Source: Chiloscyllium plagiosum (lineage: Eukaryota). From it: a stretch of DNA of 64,000 nt. Positions 48,259 to 61,295 of this stretch are shown here, in pieces (position 1 is the stretch's first letter; the number at the start of each line of letters is the position of its first letter). Location: NCBI RefSeq assembly GCF_004010195.1, contig NC_057719.1, positions 22,459,062 through 22,523,061 on the forward strand, written 5' to 3'. Below the pieces are notes generated by a model. It had not been told where the DNA came from. It saw nothing but the letters and a program-made list of their open reading frames with translations, and searched no databases. The translations under genes were made by a program, and so were the position numbers.

Positions 48259-50829
48259 TTTGAGAATGACATCTTGGAACCACAAACTGTTTAAATTCTT
48301 ACTGTGATAGTCTGTTCTCATCATTGTTCCCAAGTTCCAAACATTCTTAATCTGAGGGAATAACCCGTAAAAATGTATAGTCTTAATGTAGATTTTTCAA
48401 TCAGTTTACCATAGGTTTCTTGGCATACCAATGAATAAAGAATTCTTCTTAGCACATTGCACTCAGCATTAAATTACAGAAGGTCACCAAGAGGTTAGAA
48501 TTTTCAAACATAGCTTTTTTAAAAAAATTTGCAGTGGAATTGAAATTTTTCAATCTACTAAATGTTGACAGGTTTGTCATTTTAAATTTCTGTGGATTAA
48601 GTTGTGAGGTATTATCAGTACCTCAAACTTTCGCTGGCCTGGCAATACCCTTGTGGCTTTTGATTCCAATGACAAGTCCAAAACATGAATTGCTTTGTGT
48701 AAAAGCACCTGAGAGAAAAAATAAAGTCTTACATTTATACCACAGCTTATCGAATTGCTCAGGAATGACTCAAATGCATTGGCCCAGAAGCTGTAACATT
48801 GCTAAAATGCAGATGAGTTTTGAGTTTCAAATATCTCTCTGCTCTATTTTAGTGGAAGGATTAACCTGTACTAAAATAGCAGAGAGCAAAGAATTTCAGA
48901 CAATTATGTTAAGCCTTGCTATGCGACTGTGTATTCTCTGAGCTTATGTGTTCCTTTGAAGTCTGCAGTTATGTGGATAAATGCAACAGGCATTTTTACA
49001 GACAAGAGGCCCACAAATAGAAAGAGATAGAGAGCTATAACCAGTTTATTTACATTTGTTTGAGTGAGGAATGCTGTTTGAAATTCCTTCTCTCAGCAGT
49101 GGCATTTAATGCCATATTGAGGACATCATTCACAACTGAAAGGAAAGGTTTAACAAGATTGGCTATGAGTTCAGTGCGGTGTTCATTTTATAGAAACTGA
49201 ATGAGGAAGCGCGATATTTTCTAATAACAGTAATACTGTTCAACTTTCAACTACTCTTCCCCCTCCACAAAATTGAAGTTGCTCACCCCTGATGCCATAC
49301 TGGTAACTCTCCTCGAAAATCTCAAGCCATTAACCTTCTTCCTAAAGTATGGTGCATACAATTGGAACAATACCATAACTCCACGATTTTACCCACTGAG
49401 GCAGCACTTGGGAGTTGGGTTATTTCCTCATGCTGCTTTTCCACTTCCTCTTCAATTCACATGCTCCTGTTATTCTGTAGGTCAGGTCAGATCAGAGTTA
49501 GAGCAGCTGCCAACCAAAGCAGCGCTGAGGCAGGAAGACAGGAAAGCAGATGCCAAGATGGACAGTTTACAAGGCCTGGCTCCATTCACTTGGACATTGG
49601 CCTGATCCAAATTCTGCTCATAACAGCAAGGGCCTGGAACTGTCATCTCTCAATCCCACCTACTAACCATCACCATGTCTCCTCCCTGAACCCCATCCTC
49701 TCTGTTGTAAAGTGAAAGGTGAAAAAGTGTACCTTGACTAACCTTGACCAGTTTGCAGTAACAATTTTCAACTCAAGGGTGCTATGCGGTGAGATAGACA
49801 ATGGGTCAAGAGCGAGGGGAAGATCAAACACAATTTTGTTGAATACTGTATCAAGGAAAAACAATATTTTTCAGACTATACTATTGTATTTCAATTAAAG
49901 TCTATCAATCTCTTCACAGGACTCTTTAGTAAACAGCCTTAAATCTACACTAGCTATCTACTTGATCCGCACATCTGAGGATTCACTACACCCTATCCAT
50001 AGCTCCCTAACACTGTATTTGAACTGTTTGAAAGGACTCTTAATACCCTTCAATAATGTTAAGACAGGCTGCTCCTCAGTCTTTGAGGGTTGGCTGATGT
50101 TTCAAGATCTGCATTCGCCGATTTGGGCTCTCCTTTCTCCCAGGGGTGGTTCTGGTCTTTGGAATGCCTCATCCAGGTGGTCTCTCTGGGTCTGGTCAGT
50201 CTAATAATGCTGGCCATGAGGTACAAGGAGCTGGAGATGCTGTATAAATCAGCTGCAAGTATCTCCAGAGATGCCATTAGGGAATGTGCAAAAGCAGAAG
50301 GTGAGCTGGGGGTTCAGGATGCATCTTTTATCCCCCTCTTTGTGTGCTTCTCAAAGATTCTGTGGCCTGTGTCCAACACCAGTGTTGGGCAGAGGTAGGA
50401 TGATCCAGTGAGGTGACTACTTTCCATATTTGGAGATCACAAAACATGGTTTCCAACTTTTAACTGTCAAGTGCAGCTTTTGTCACACTGAGTTTCTAGT
50501 CTCCAACTGAGCTGGGTGCCACCAAGTCTGTGTAACTTCTTCAATCATTGCAGCTTCACTGGAGGTGGGACCAATGATTCATTCTGAAACATTGTGGCCA
50601 TTAGGTCCTGGCCAGGTAGCTCCACATCTGTCTGGTTTCAATGGGAGGTTGATTGCCCAAGGCCTGGCTGCATGAACACTCCACAGTTTGCAAATTACAG
50701 GGTCCAGCTAGGCTTAAACTTGACTTCCACATTTGGAGTTTTTATCCACAAAAAAAATGAAAAAGGTTCGTATTTCTGTAACAATCCTACAGGTTATGGG
50801 TCACCTGACCACTCCTCCACATCTACTCA

Positions 50830-51054
50830 GGAGAAAGTGAGGACTGCAGATGCTGGAGATCAGAGTCGAAGAGTGTGGTGCTCGAAAAGCACAACCGGTC
50901 AGGCAGCATCCGAGGAGCAGGAGAATCAACGTTTCAGGCATCAGCCCTTTGTCAGGATTCATTCCTGATGAAGAGCTTCTGCCCAAAACATCGACTCTGC
51001 TGCTCCTTGAATGCTGACTAACTGGCTGTGTTTTTCCAGCACTCCATTCTTTGA
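50830..51054. mobile_element. Fold-back pLTR-only PLE mini-element
   Basis: Inverted arms; TSD ctccacat(ct)actca at 50815-50829 and 51055-51067. Confidence 0.88.
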
Positions 51055-51597
51055 CTCCACATACTCACCCTGTATCCACTGTATTAAGAACTCAGGAACT
51101 TAACAATTGGAAGTCTTTGAAATCTTTATATAACTGTCAAAATATACAGGTATGAAAATGAACCACACTTGAAAATAAAACTAATTTCTCTCAGGACCTC
51201 ATAGATCCATTAGGCAAACTTAGAATCATTCAAACTCCACTGCATGTTAAGCTTCATAGTAAGTGACTAAAATAGCAGACAGCCAGTCAAAAATGAGTGC
51301 AAAAACATAGTTTTGTTAAGTACTTATAAAACTGCCAATCAAACACAGCACATAGACTCCTTGACAGTTACATCATTCATGTCCTGAGCTGGATCAGTTA
51401 ATAGGGTTTAGAGCTCAACCAAGCATTCATAATCAGATTCTGTTGTACAACTATGTCAACAAAACCTCCAGACCTAAATATGGTAAGGTCTTTGAAGTTG
51501 CTTAAACAAATGGCTGATAGAATAAAGAACATAACAATCTGGTCTGTATTTTCAAAGACTGAAAATATGACTGGACTGCAAATTCATATAAATCGTG

Positions 51598-51897
51598 GGC
51601 AGCACGGTGGTACAGTGGTTAGCACTGCTGCCTCACAGTGCCAGAGACCCGGGTTCAATTCCCGCCTCAGGCGACCGACTGTGTGGAGTTTGCACGTTCT
51701 CCCCGTGTCTGCATGGGTTCCCTCCGGGTGCTCCGGTTTCCTCCCACAGCACACAAAGATGTGCAGGTCAGGTGAATTGGCCATGCTAAATTGCCCGTAG
51801 TATTAGGTAAGGGGTATGGGTGGGTGGCGGGTCGGTGTGGATTTGTTGGGCTGAAGGGCCTGTTTCCACACTGTAATGTAATCTAATCTAATCTAAA
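51598..51897 (+). mobile_element. HE1-like V-SINE (young)
   Basis: A/B boxes, V-domain, (TAATC)n tail. Confidence 0.96.
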
Positions 51898-52499
51898 TAT
51901 CAAATATATTCCATATTGCACATTACCATCTAATTTCAAGACAGTCCAATGCAGAAGAGATCATTAATAACAGGAGAAGTATTTTAATGCATCAGAATAC
52001 TTTCACAATGCTATTCGATAAAACTGTCACTTCCTTTTGAAGGATAAAGCCCTATCATTATTAATTGCTTAAAAACGGACTTAATTTCACATTCAGCATC
52101 TAATTACGGCATTTGAAGGTGGCAACAACATTCTGCCATATCTGGCAAAGTTCCTGAGTCCACAATCAGCTTCTTCCAGGTTCATGAATTTGTGAACTCA
52201 GTGTTCTGATATGTTCATACAAACTTCAGAAATCCATTGTCTTGCTAAAATCTCCAACTTTGTTAAAGTCAAAAGTGACAAAGCATTACTGTGGAAGACA
52301 GAGTGTCAATTTGGGTATAAACGTATTGGGATTCACCATGTTTTCTGTGGACATGGTAGCTTGGAACCAGCGTGCAAATTCATATCTATGTTTTCCTCCA
52401 TTTGTATCCACTCAACATGGATTTGCTCTGTGTATGTTCCGGAGAATCCAGTCCTTAGGACTATCGATAAAGCCAAGAAACCTGTAAGCTTTACACTGT

Positions 52500-53460
52500 T
52501 GCAGTTTTAAAGCTGCTCTTGTAGCTGCTACTGCCAGAAGATCTGTTGTCATGATATGTGACATTTATCTGTCATGCCCCATTATCATATGTCCACTGTA
52601 GCTCATGTATAACCAGTCTGTGTTGCATGCCCTCTAGCTATACCCAGGTTAACCCACTTTCTGCTGCCCTCCACTTTGCTTTCTAGATGAAATCTCTGTA
52701 GCTTTTCAGTTCTGATCAACTGGCCGAAATACTGACGTTCTCTTGGAACTACAAGTACTTCTTCATTTCTCAATGGTATGTATGCACATTTTTTAGCAAA
52801 TGACTCAGCATCCATATTACAAAGGCCTCTATATTCTTCCCTTGCTCTTTACTTATTGTCCAGGTTTCTGAGGTATAAAAGAGATTGCATAGAAAGTGGT
52901 ATCTTATGAGTTTGCGCTTGTTTGAAGCTTGATTTTTCTCATTATTAAAACATCTTTCACTTTCACAGAATTACCTGTGTCAATCTCTATCATTCTTCTA
53001 ACTTCTGCGTCACATTTGCCATCTTCACTTGTCATCTGTCCTAACTAGCCAAACCTGTCTATTTGTTCCAGTACAACACAATCCATTTCAATCTTTACTT
53101 TAAATTCTTCAAACATATTCCTTCTGTCTACCATTGCTTTTACATTTTTTGGTGTTTGTGTTCAATCTATATTCTAAACCTCTAGATTTTAGTTGATCAG
53201 CAACATATTTTAGGGCCTTCTCTGATTCTCCAAGAAGTGTTGTAAGTGTACCAGAATTTGTTACCTTGTTACCCCCATTTTTTTTATTTTTTGGAATAGT
53301 ATATCATTCTCTTAATATTTGTTCTGTTTACAAACTGAAAAATATAGAGAGTCGACAGAGCATTTTTCTCCTCTTGAGTGCTCCTTTCATCACTTTGAAA
53401 CAGGTCCAATTATCACCACTTTAACCTGGTGTTAGGTACTTGGTCTTAATAAAAGCCCGA
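52500..53460 (-). mobile_element. RTE-clade LINE ORF2 relic
   Basis: VLEQIDRFG.LGQMTSEDGKCDAEVRRMI; YTSETWTISK; RNEEVL..RQYFGQLIRTEKLQRFHLESKVEGSRK. Confidence 0.8.
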
Positions 53461-53879
53461 GATGAAATGCATATTTATGTTATTAATGTCACATTTCAGC
53501 AGCCCATCTAGGTGAATGCTTGTTCATATCCTATGAAATATGCGTGAACGGTCATCTGTACTTTTGGATATTTATCAAAGACATTTCATAGGTTAAATAA
53601 CACCTCTCTTGTTCCCACTCCAGTTCTAAGTTGAAAATATGCTCCATCAATTACAAATGTGCTGTTGTTTATTTGTTTGTTTTATAATTCTGAAGATTGC
53701 TTTAATGAGATGTGTAAGCTTATAGTTCTAAAATGATTGCACTCCCGTTTGGGTTTCTGAAGCAATGTTGTGAATAATGAATGTCTCAGCTCCCTTGGAA
53801 TATAACTTTTGTCATATATTCAATCACATATTTCAGTTATCACTTCTAAATCTGTATCTCCAAGGGTTTTTAGATATTT

Positions 53880-54100
53880 TGTGGTTATTTCATCTGAGGT
53901 TTGCACCAGATGCTGAAATCTTTGACAGATAAGAGAGAGGGTGATAACAACAGAATATGAGTGCACAAAAGACAAAGATGGTAAAACATTGCTTGGGAGA
54001 GATGCAAGAGTGAAAAAATGAACAGAATATAGAAGCAAATTGTGCAGTTATCCAAGTCAAAGGAGTAATCACAATATGAAGGCAAACAATTTAAAATATT
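53880..54100 (+). mobile_element. RTE ORF2 fragment, opposite orientation to its neighbour
   Basis: KDKDGKTLLGRDARVKK*TEYRSKLCS resembles RTE 'KDKDG..L......RW.EY...LY'. Confidence 0.55.
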
Positions 54101-56319
54101 TCGTTGTATCATTTTACCAATGTACAGGTGAGAGACTTATGGGTCTAGCTTTCTTTTCAGTCAACTAGCTTGTAATCAATAAAAAAGTCAGAATTCGTCT
54201 GATATCCTCAAAGATCTCTGTACTGTCAGTGTTCCTCAAGTCATACAGATGTCTTAGTATCTTAAATGCTGACATCACTGTTCTGTTAAAAAGAACACAA
54301 CAGGAAGATATATGGAGTTGAATTGACAAAATGCTTCACAGTATTCAGTGGACAGGAATTTGATTTAAGGTTTTCTGTATAAACAATTATACACAGTGTT
54401 CTATATTCCTTTTTCTATGTCCCCTAACTCTATCACGAGCAATACAAAGTATATAGTTCATTTCCTCATGTAGAGCAATAGCAATGTGTTTGTAATTAAA
54501 ATAAAGTGGCTGATAAAAGACAAACACTGAGTAATGGTCATATCGACTAGCTTTGGCCACCTCTCCAAAAACAAATTCTTCTTCATTGGCTTTCTTTTTT
54601 TGGCAATGCTTTGTTGACGACATTGCATAACTGCAATTTATTGTTGTTAATTATAATAGAATTCAGAAAATGTGTTGTATTTTGTGACAACTGTTTATCC
54701 TTCTCCTCCGCACTGCAGTTTGAGCACAATTCTGGTCGGTATGAAAACTAATCCTAATGCACAAATGCTGAAGCTGCAATGATGTGCGAAAGAAAAGTGT
54801 GGGCTGCCCTTTCAAATAAGTGGAGGATGTCCATTATTATCTCTTAAATGTCATCTCACCAACATCTCCTCCCCATTCCTCCTCCTCACCCAACCCTTTC
54901 TTTCCCATTAAGTAACTCTGAATCAGAAGTGAACTGCACCATTTCAGTTTCTTCTCACAAAAATGTGAATTTAACTTTTATAAAGTTTGGTACTGAAATG
55001 TGCATAATCTGGATTTAATTTACATCTAGCTATTACATTTAATCGACTCATTTAACTGGTATTGTAAATGAAAATAAGATGGTATAAATCCACTTTACAC
55101 CGATCAGCACTGACAGTGCTGTAGGGCTGGCAGTGTTACTTCTGATCCCATTATATGCCATCCCAACTTGCTTTCCCGTTGGCTTCATTGGAAAGTCACA
55201 TTGCGCAGGGTGACTGATCCAAGTTCATTGCAAGTCCAGCCCTACCAAATTAAGAATTATCCTCACCCCACTCTTTTTAGATGAAAAACTATTGATGCTA
55301 TTTGTCCAATTTACATTTCTTAATTGAATAGCACTCAATTCAAATTCTTAGATAACTCACATATATTGTCATGCTAGATTATCATTTTGTTATGCAATTT
55401 ACTTGGTTTTATTCCATTTATTGAGTTATTTAAAGTGTTCTTGGCTTTTAAATGTGGCTGAAATATGTGAGTAGACTGCATAAATGCACAATTTTACAAT
55501 TGTATTTCTTCATTTTTTTTCTCGATATTCACACTTGGAGAGTATTGCCGAATATTAATTAATGGAAACACATTTCAGTCTCTGGAGAGTTATTTTGATG
55601 GCTTTAACAAGCAACTTTGGTTCTTAATTACTTCATTACTTTGTAGTTTTTAGGTAAACTATTCTGCCACCCGTTTAATTTTCAGTTAAAGACTTAGGAA
55701 TACATTGAGTGAAATAATTATTTATGCTGCTTGTAATTGCCACATTATGCAAATAACTTAAAATTAACTGTAATTAAATAAATTGACTGTATTGGAAGTA
55801 CTATGTCTTAATTTATTGTTTAAATGGACCATATGTATGCTTTTTGTGATATTAGTTTATTGGCCATTACGTGGAAACAAGCCATCAATTTGGTACTAAT
55901 GTGTATCTACAAAAAAGGCAGCAAATGCACACTTTGTTTCTAGCAAGACCAGTAAAGATTGTTACTTTCAAACCTTTTGAATATGTCCTTCAGATGAGGA
56001 TATTCAAATCGTGCTTTGCAATCTTGCACTTTACCTACCCAGGGATGCGAAAGAGAGTTAGATTTCTTACTTGTCAATATTTATTATCTGACAATCCCTG
56101 CAAATCTAATGGCAGGAAGTGTACCAATATCATGGTCTCTCTCACACTATCATTCCCAGTGCCTCAAATTGGTCAAATCAGCTGTATTGGCATATCACCT
56201 TGTCCTTATGTCCAATACAATATTTCTGAAGCAAGTTCTTTGCTCTAGGATTGAAAAAATACTGGGATTTCTGGAGATCTGAAACAAGGAAAGATTTAAC
56301 ATTCAGCTTCCATGCCCAT

Positions 56320-56487
56320 GTTGCTTGTTGCTGGAGAAACCCAATAGGTCTGACACAACTGTGAAGGGAAAATAGATCTAATGTTTTGAGTCCAGTGACT
56401 GAAGGAGGGTCATCAGACACAAAATGTTAATGTTGTTTTCCCTCCACAGATGCTGCCAGACCTGTTGAATTTCTCCACCAATTTCAG
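56320..56487. mobile_element. Fold-back PLE mini-element (second family)
   Basis: tgctggagaaacccaataggtctgac... versus ...gatgctgccagacctgttgaatttctccacca; degenerate ctgaagga..gtcatcagac. Confidence 0.65.
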
Positions 56488-56499
56488 TGCTCCATTCCT

Positions 56500-56880
56500 G
56501 GCTTCATCAGGGCAAGTGGCTACTAAGAGGGCAGAGGAAAAAGATTTCAAGGTTTTCTTCAAAGTCTGCCTGACAAAAAAGTGCCAAATTCTGACTGACT
56601 TATGGGAATCTGTTGGCTAAAGCTGCCCTAACTGGAAAAGAAACATGCAAGAAGGTACTAATTATCTTGAGCAACTTCAACATGCCCAGTGGAGGCAAAG
56701 CACAAACATCAGAAAGAGGCTGTGAAAACTGAGCCGACCCACCCACCCCTTCAAACAACACCTGCAACCTGTGAGGCAGGGTGTGTAGATCCAGAATTGA
56801 AGGGCTTACTCACCTCAGGACCCACTTCTGGAATGGGAAAATACATGCTTTGTTTTGACGGACTGCCTAAGAAGGAAATA
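56500..56880 (+). mobile_element. RTE LINE 3' end
   Basis: QGKWLLRGQRKRF; decayed terminal Cys/His motif (..LTHLRTH); tail ggactgcctaagaagg. Confidence 0.75.
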
Positions 56881-57039
56881 GATAGCTCTTCCTCATTTGG
56901 TCAGGATCTTTTCATATAGCAGCAGCACAAAAGCTGGGAACATGTAAACACTTGACTACCAGAGTTTTACTTTAGGCCACCTCAAGCAGGCAACATCACA
57001 CTGGTTTGCATTGGGAGCAAAATAAATAAAAACTGACAA

Positions 57040-57690
57040 ATAACAACAGAATATTCCAATGCATTTTACCACCAATGTAGTAATTTTGAAGTGTAGTCAC
57101 TGTTATACAAAAAGTGGCAGCAAATTATGGAAATGTGATAATGATCAGATAACCTGTTTTAAGGTGTTGAATAAGGGATAAATAATGGGCAGGGCACGGG
57201 GAACATCTGTTCTTCAAAATAATGTCTGTGAGAGTTTCCAGGTTCATTTGAGAGAGAGGAAAGTGTCCCAGTTCAACATCTCATCTAAGAAACAGCAAAT
57301 CACATAGTGCAGTATTCCCTTAGTAGTGCAGAGGAGCGGATGTCTTGATTGTCGTTCTCAGCTCTTAAAGTGGGACTTGAACCAACAAGGAGAAAGTGAG
57401 CACTGCAGATGCTGGAGATCAGAGTTGAAGAGTATAATGCTAGATAAGCACAGCAGGTCAGACAGCATCTGAGAAGCAGAAGAATCAACGTTTTGAGTAT
57501 AAGCCCCTCATCAGGAATAAGTGTTTGTTGCTGGAGAAGGGCTTTCCTGATGAAGAGCTTACATCTGAAATGTCAATTTTCCTGCTCCTCGGATGCTGCC
57601 TGACCTTCTGTGCTTTTCCAGCACCACATCTTCGACGTTGAACTAACAAGTCTGACTGAAGTCAAGAGTGCTATCTGGGAATAGAGCTAT
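57040..57690 (-). mobile_element. Deu-domain SINE (SacSINE1-like) split by a PLE mini-element
   Basis: gttcaacatctcatctaagaaacagc...agtgcagtattcccttagtagtgca...gtgggacttgaacc|...tctgact...agagtgcta. Confidence 0.8.
57390..57637. mobile_element. Fold-back pLTR-only PLE mini-element with 13-bp TSD
   Basis: TSD ttgaac(c/t)aacaag at 57377-57389 and 57638-57650. Confidence 0.88.
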
Positions 57691-57919
57691 GTCTGGCATT
57701 ACAGACTGTAACTGCAACTGGTATATTGTTTTCTTTAAAAATGTTCATGTCATATCATTTTTAAGAATTAGAAAAATTTAAACTTATCTTTGAGTAATGG
57801 TGAATAAATCTTTCTGCATTCATCAATTGCAGGAATGAACTAGATCTAGAAGAACAACCTAAGCTGCAGACTCTACGTTTTTATAAGTAGGTATACATTT
57901 CCACACAGTACTTATTCCA

Positions 57920-58915
57920 TACAGTCATAGAATCATAGAGTCAGACAGCATGGCAACAGACACTTCAGTCCAACTTATTTGCCCCAATCAGACAGCCCAA
58001 TCTGACATAGTCCCCATTGCTTGCATTTGACCAATATATCTCTAAATGCTTCCTACTCATGTATCCATCAAGATGCTTTTTAATTGTTGTAAATACACCA
58101 GCCTCCACCAATTCCTCTGGCAGCTCATTCTATACATGCACCACCCTCTGCTTGAAAAATTTACCCCTCAGATCCTTTTTAGATCTTTCCCCTCTCACCT
58201 TAAACCTATGCTCTCTGGTTTGGTTCCCCCACTCTAGGAAAGAGACCTTGGCTTTTCACCCTATCCATGCCCCTCATGATTTTATAAACCTCTAAGGTCA
58301 CCCCTCAGCCTCTGATGCCCCAGCCTAGTCAGCCCCTCCCTACAACTCAAACCTTCAAATCCCGGCAACATCCTTGTAAATCTTTCCTGCACTTTCTCAA
58401 GTTTACCACATCTTTCCTGTAGAAGGGTGACTAGAATTGTATTCTGTATTCAAAAATGGCCTCACCAGTGTCCTACGTAGCCATGACATGTCATCCCAAC
58501 TCCTATAATCAATGTTCTGACTAATGAAGGCAAGCATGTCAAACGTTTTCACCACTCTGTCTACCAAAGATACCACTTTCAAGGAACAATGCACCTGTAC
58601 CCTTAAGTCTCTTTGTTCAGTAACACTCCCCAGTGCCCTACTATTAAGTGTATAAGTCCTGCTCTGGTTTGCCTTACCAATATGCAACATGTCATATTTA
58701 TTTGAATTAAACTCTATCTGCCACACCACAGTGCACTGGCCAATCTGATCTAGGTCCCATTCTACTCTGAAATAATCTTCTTCACTGTTCACAACATCAC
58801 CTCCTACATTCACATCCAAATCATTCATATAAATGACAAAAAGCGGCGGACCCAGCACTGATCTTTATGGCACACCACTAGTCACAGACCTCCTGTCCGA
58901 AAAGCAACCCTCTAT
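57920..58915 (-). mobile_element. CR1 LINE 3' portion
   Basis: LGPPLFVIYMNDLD...EQRDLRVQVH..LKV...TLVRP; tail agtcatagaatcatagag. Confidence 0.93.
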
Positions 58916-59236
58916 ACTTTAAAACAAAAGACAGAAACATAAAAAGCCAAGAGACCCCCCCAATACTACTCTGCTCAGAAACTCCCAGGGACAGCACCAA
59001 GTGAAACACAATTAAACAAATGGTATTCATTTGAACCAGAAGACAAGTATCTCGACTTTGTAATGCAGAAGTGAAGTTCCAGTTATTTGGGGGAAAACAA
59101 AAATAAATAAATAAGCAGAAAAATGGCTTTCCCTTGACTCCATCCTGATCATCCAATTCTGGGACAGGGACCAGAAGGAGAGAAGGAGGAGTGAAGTGAA
59201 GGCTGCCGGGAAGGTAAGGGCTTAATTTATATTTGG

Positions 59237-61080
59237 GCAGTGACTGTACTAAATTGGGCCAAAGCCAATTATATCAAAATTAGGCAGGAGCTGGGAAATG
59301 TGGATTGGACACAGCTACTTGAAGGGAAGTCCACATTTGAGATGTGGGATGCTTTCAAAGACAGGTTAAAGATAGTGCAGGATAGGCACGTCCCATTGAA
59401 GGCAAAGGATAGGAAGGGCAAGATTCGTGAAGGGTGGATGACAGGAGAAATTGTACAACTAGCCAAGAGGAAAAGGGAAGAGTACATAAGGTCTAGGCAG
59501 CTAAGAACAGAATGGGCCCTGGAGGAATATCGGAAGAGTAGGACAAGTTTTAAACAAGGAATCAAGCGGGCGAAAAGGGGTCATGAAATAGCTTTAGTGA
59601 GTAGAATTAAGGAGAATCCCAAAGCATTTTATTCTTATATAAGAAGCAAGCGGGTAACTAGAGAAAGGATTGGTCCACTAAAGGATAATGAAGGAAGGCT
59701 GTGTGTCGAACCTGAGAGAATGGATGAGATTCTGAATGATTACTTTGCATCAGTGTTCACTGAGGAGAGGAACATGATGAATGTTGAGATTAGAGATAGA
59801 AGTTTGATTAGTCTGGATCACGTTGACATAAGTAGGGAAGATGTGTTGGGTATGCTAGAGGATATTAAGGTGGACAAATCCACAGGACTGGATGGGATCT
59901 ATCCCAGGTTGCTGAGGGAGGCAAGAGAGGAAATAGNNNNNNNNNNNNNNNNNNNNNNNNNNNNNNNNNNNNNNNNNNNNNNNNNNNNNNNNNNNNNNNN
60001 NNNNNNNNNNNNNNNNNNNNNNNNNNNNNNNNNNNNNNNNNNNNNNNNNNNNNNNNNNNNNNNNNNNNNNNNNNNNNNNNNNNNNNNNNNNNNNNNNNNN
60101 NNNNNNNNNNNNNNNNNNNNNNNNNNNNNNNNNNNNNNNNNNNNNNNNNNNNNNNNNNNNNNNNNNNNNNNNNNNNNNNNNNNNNNNNNNNNNNNNNNNN
60201 NNNNNNNNNNNNNNNNNNNNNNNNNNNNNNNNNNNNNNNNNNNNNNNNNNNNNNNNNNNNNNNNNNNNNNNNNNNNNNNNNNNNNNNNNNNNNNNNNNNN
60301 NNNNNNNNNNNNNNNNNNNNNNNNNNNNNNNNNNNNNNNNNNNNNNNNNNNNNNNNNNNNNNNNNNNNNNNNNNNNNNNNNNNNNNNNNNNNNNNNNNNN
60401 NNNNNNNNNNNNNNNNNNNNNNNNNNNNNNNNNNNNNNNNNNNNNNNNCTTGCCTTCATTGGACGGGGTATTGAGTATAAGGACTGGCAAGTCAAGTTAA
60501 AATTGTACAAGACATTGGTTCGGCTGCATTTAGAATATTGTGCACAGTTCTGGTCACCACATTACCAAAAGGATGTGGACACTTTGGAGAGGGTGCAGAG
60601 AAGGTTTACGAGGATGTTGCCTGGTATGGAAGGTGCTAGCTATGAACAGAAGTTGAGTAGGTTAGGTTTATTTTGACAAAAAAAAGAGATTGAGGTGGGA
60701 CCTGATTGAGGTTTACAAAATCATGACGGGTATAGACAGGGTGGGTAGAGACAAGCTTTTTCCCAGGGTGAAGGCTTCAATAACTAGAGGTCATACTTTC
60801 AAGGTGAGAGGTGGAAAGTTTAAGGGGGCTACGCGTGGCAAGTACTTCACACAGAGGGTGGTGGACATTTGGAATGCGTTGCCAGCAGAGGTGGTAGAGG
60901 CAGGCACAGTAAATTCATTTAAGATGCATCTGGACAGATGCATGAGTAGGAGGGGAGCTGAGGGATACAGACGCTTAGGAATTGACTGACAAGTTTAGAC
61001 AGTACATTTGGATCGGCTCAGGCTTGAAGGGCTGAACGGCCTGTTCCTGGGCTGTAAATTTTCTTTGTTTTCTTCTTTGT
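59237..61080 (+). mobile_element. CR1 LINE (young subfamily) ORF2 and 3' UTR, with N-gap
   Basis: LNWAKANY..IRQEL...IKENPKAFYSYI...DKSTGLDGIYPRLL...LEYCAQFWSPHYQKD...WNALP. Confidence 0.96.
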
Positions 61081-61084
61081 TTAT

Positions 61085-61295
61085 AAAGCTGTTGGGGTCA
61101 GTTCATTAGATATATTCAAGAGGGAGCTGGATGTGGCCCTTGCGACTATAGGACTCAAAGGAGAGATAATGGGAGCGGGATAATGAAATTGTATGAACAG
61201 CCATGATCATATTGAATGGTGGGGCAGGTTCGAAGGGCTGAATGGCCTCCTCCTATTTTGTGTGTTTCTATCTTCTATGTCTCTATGTTTCTAAA
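61085..61295 (+). mobile_element. Another CR1 3' end fragment
   Basis: gatatattcaagagggagctggat...gccatgatcatattgaatggtggggcaggttcgaagggctgaatggcct...(tctatg)n. Confidence 0.85.

Noticed and set aside
49900..50700. Possible L1 ORF1 relic on the minus strand
   Set aside because: Only vague similarity (coiled-coil-like piece, KSPFKQFKYSVREL); too weak to call without an HMM search
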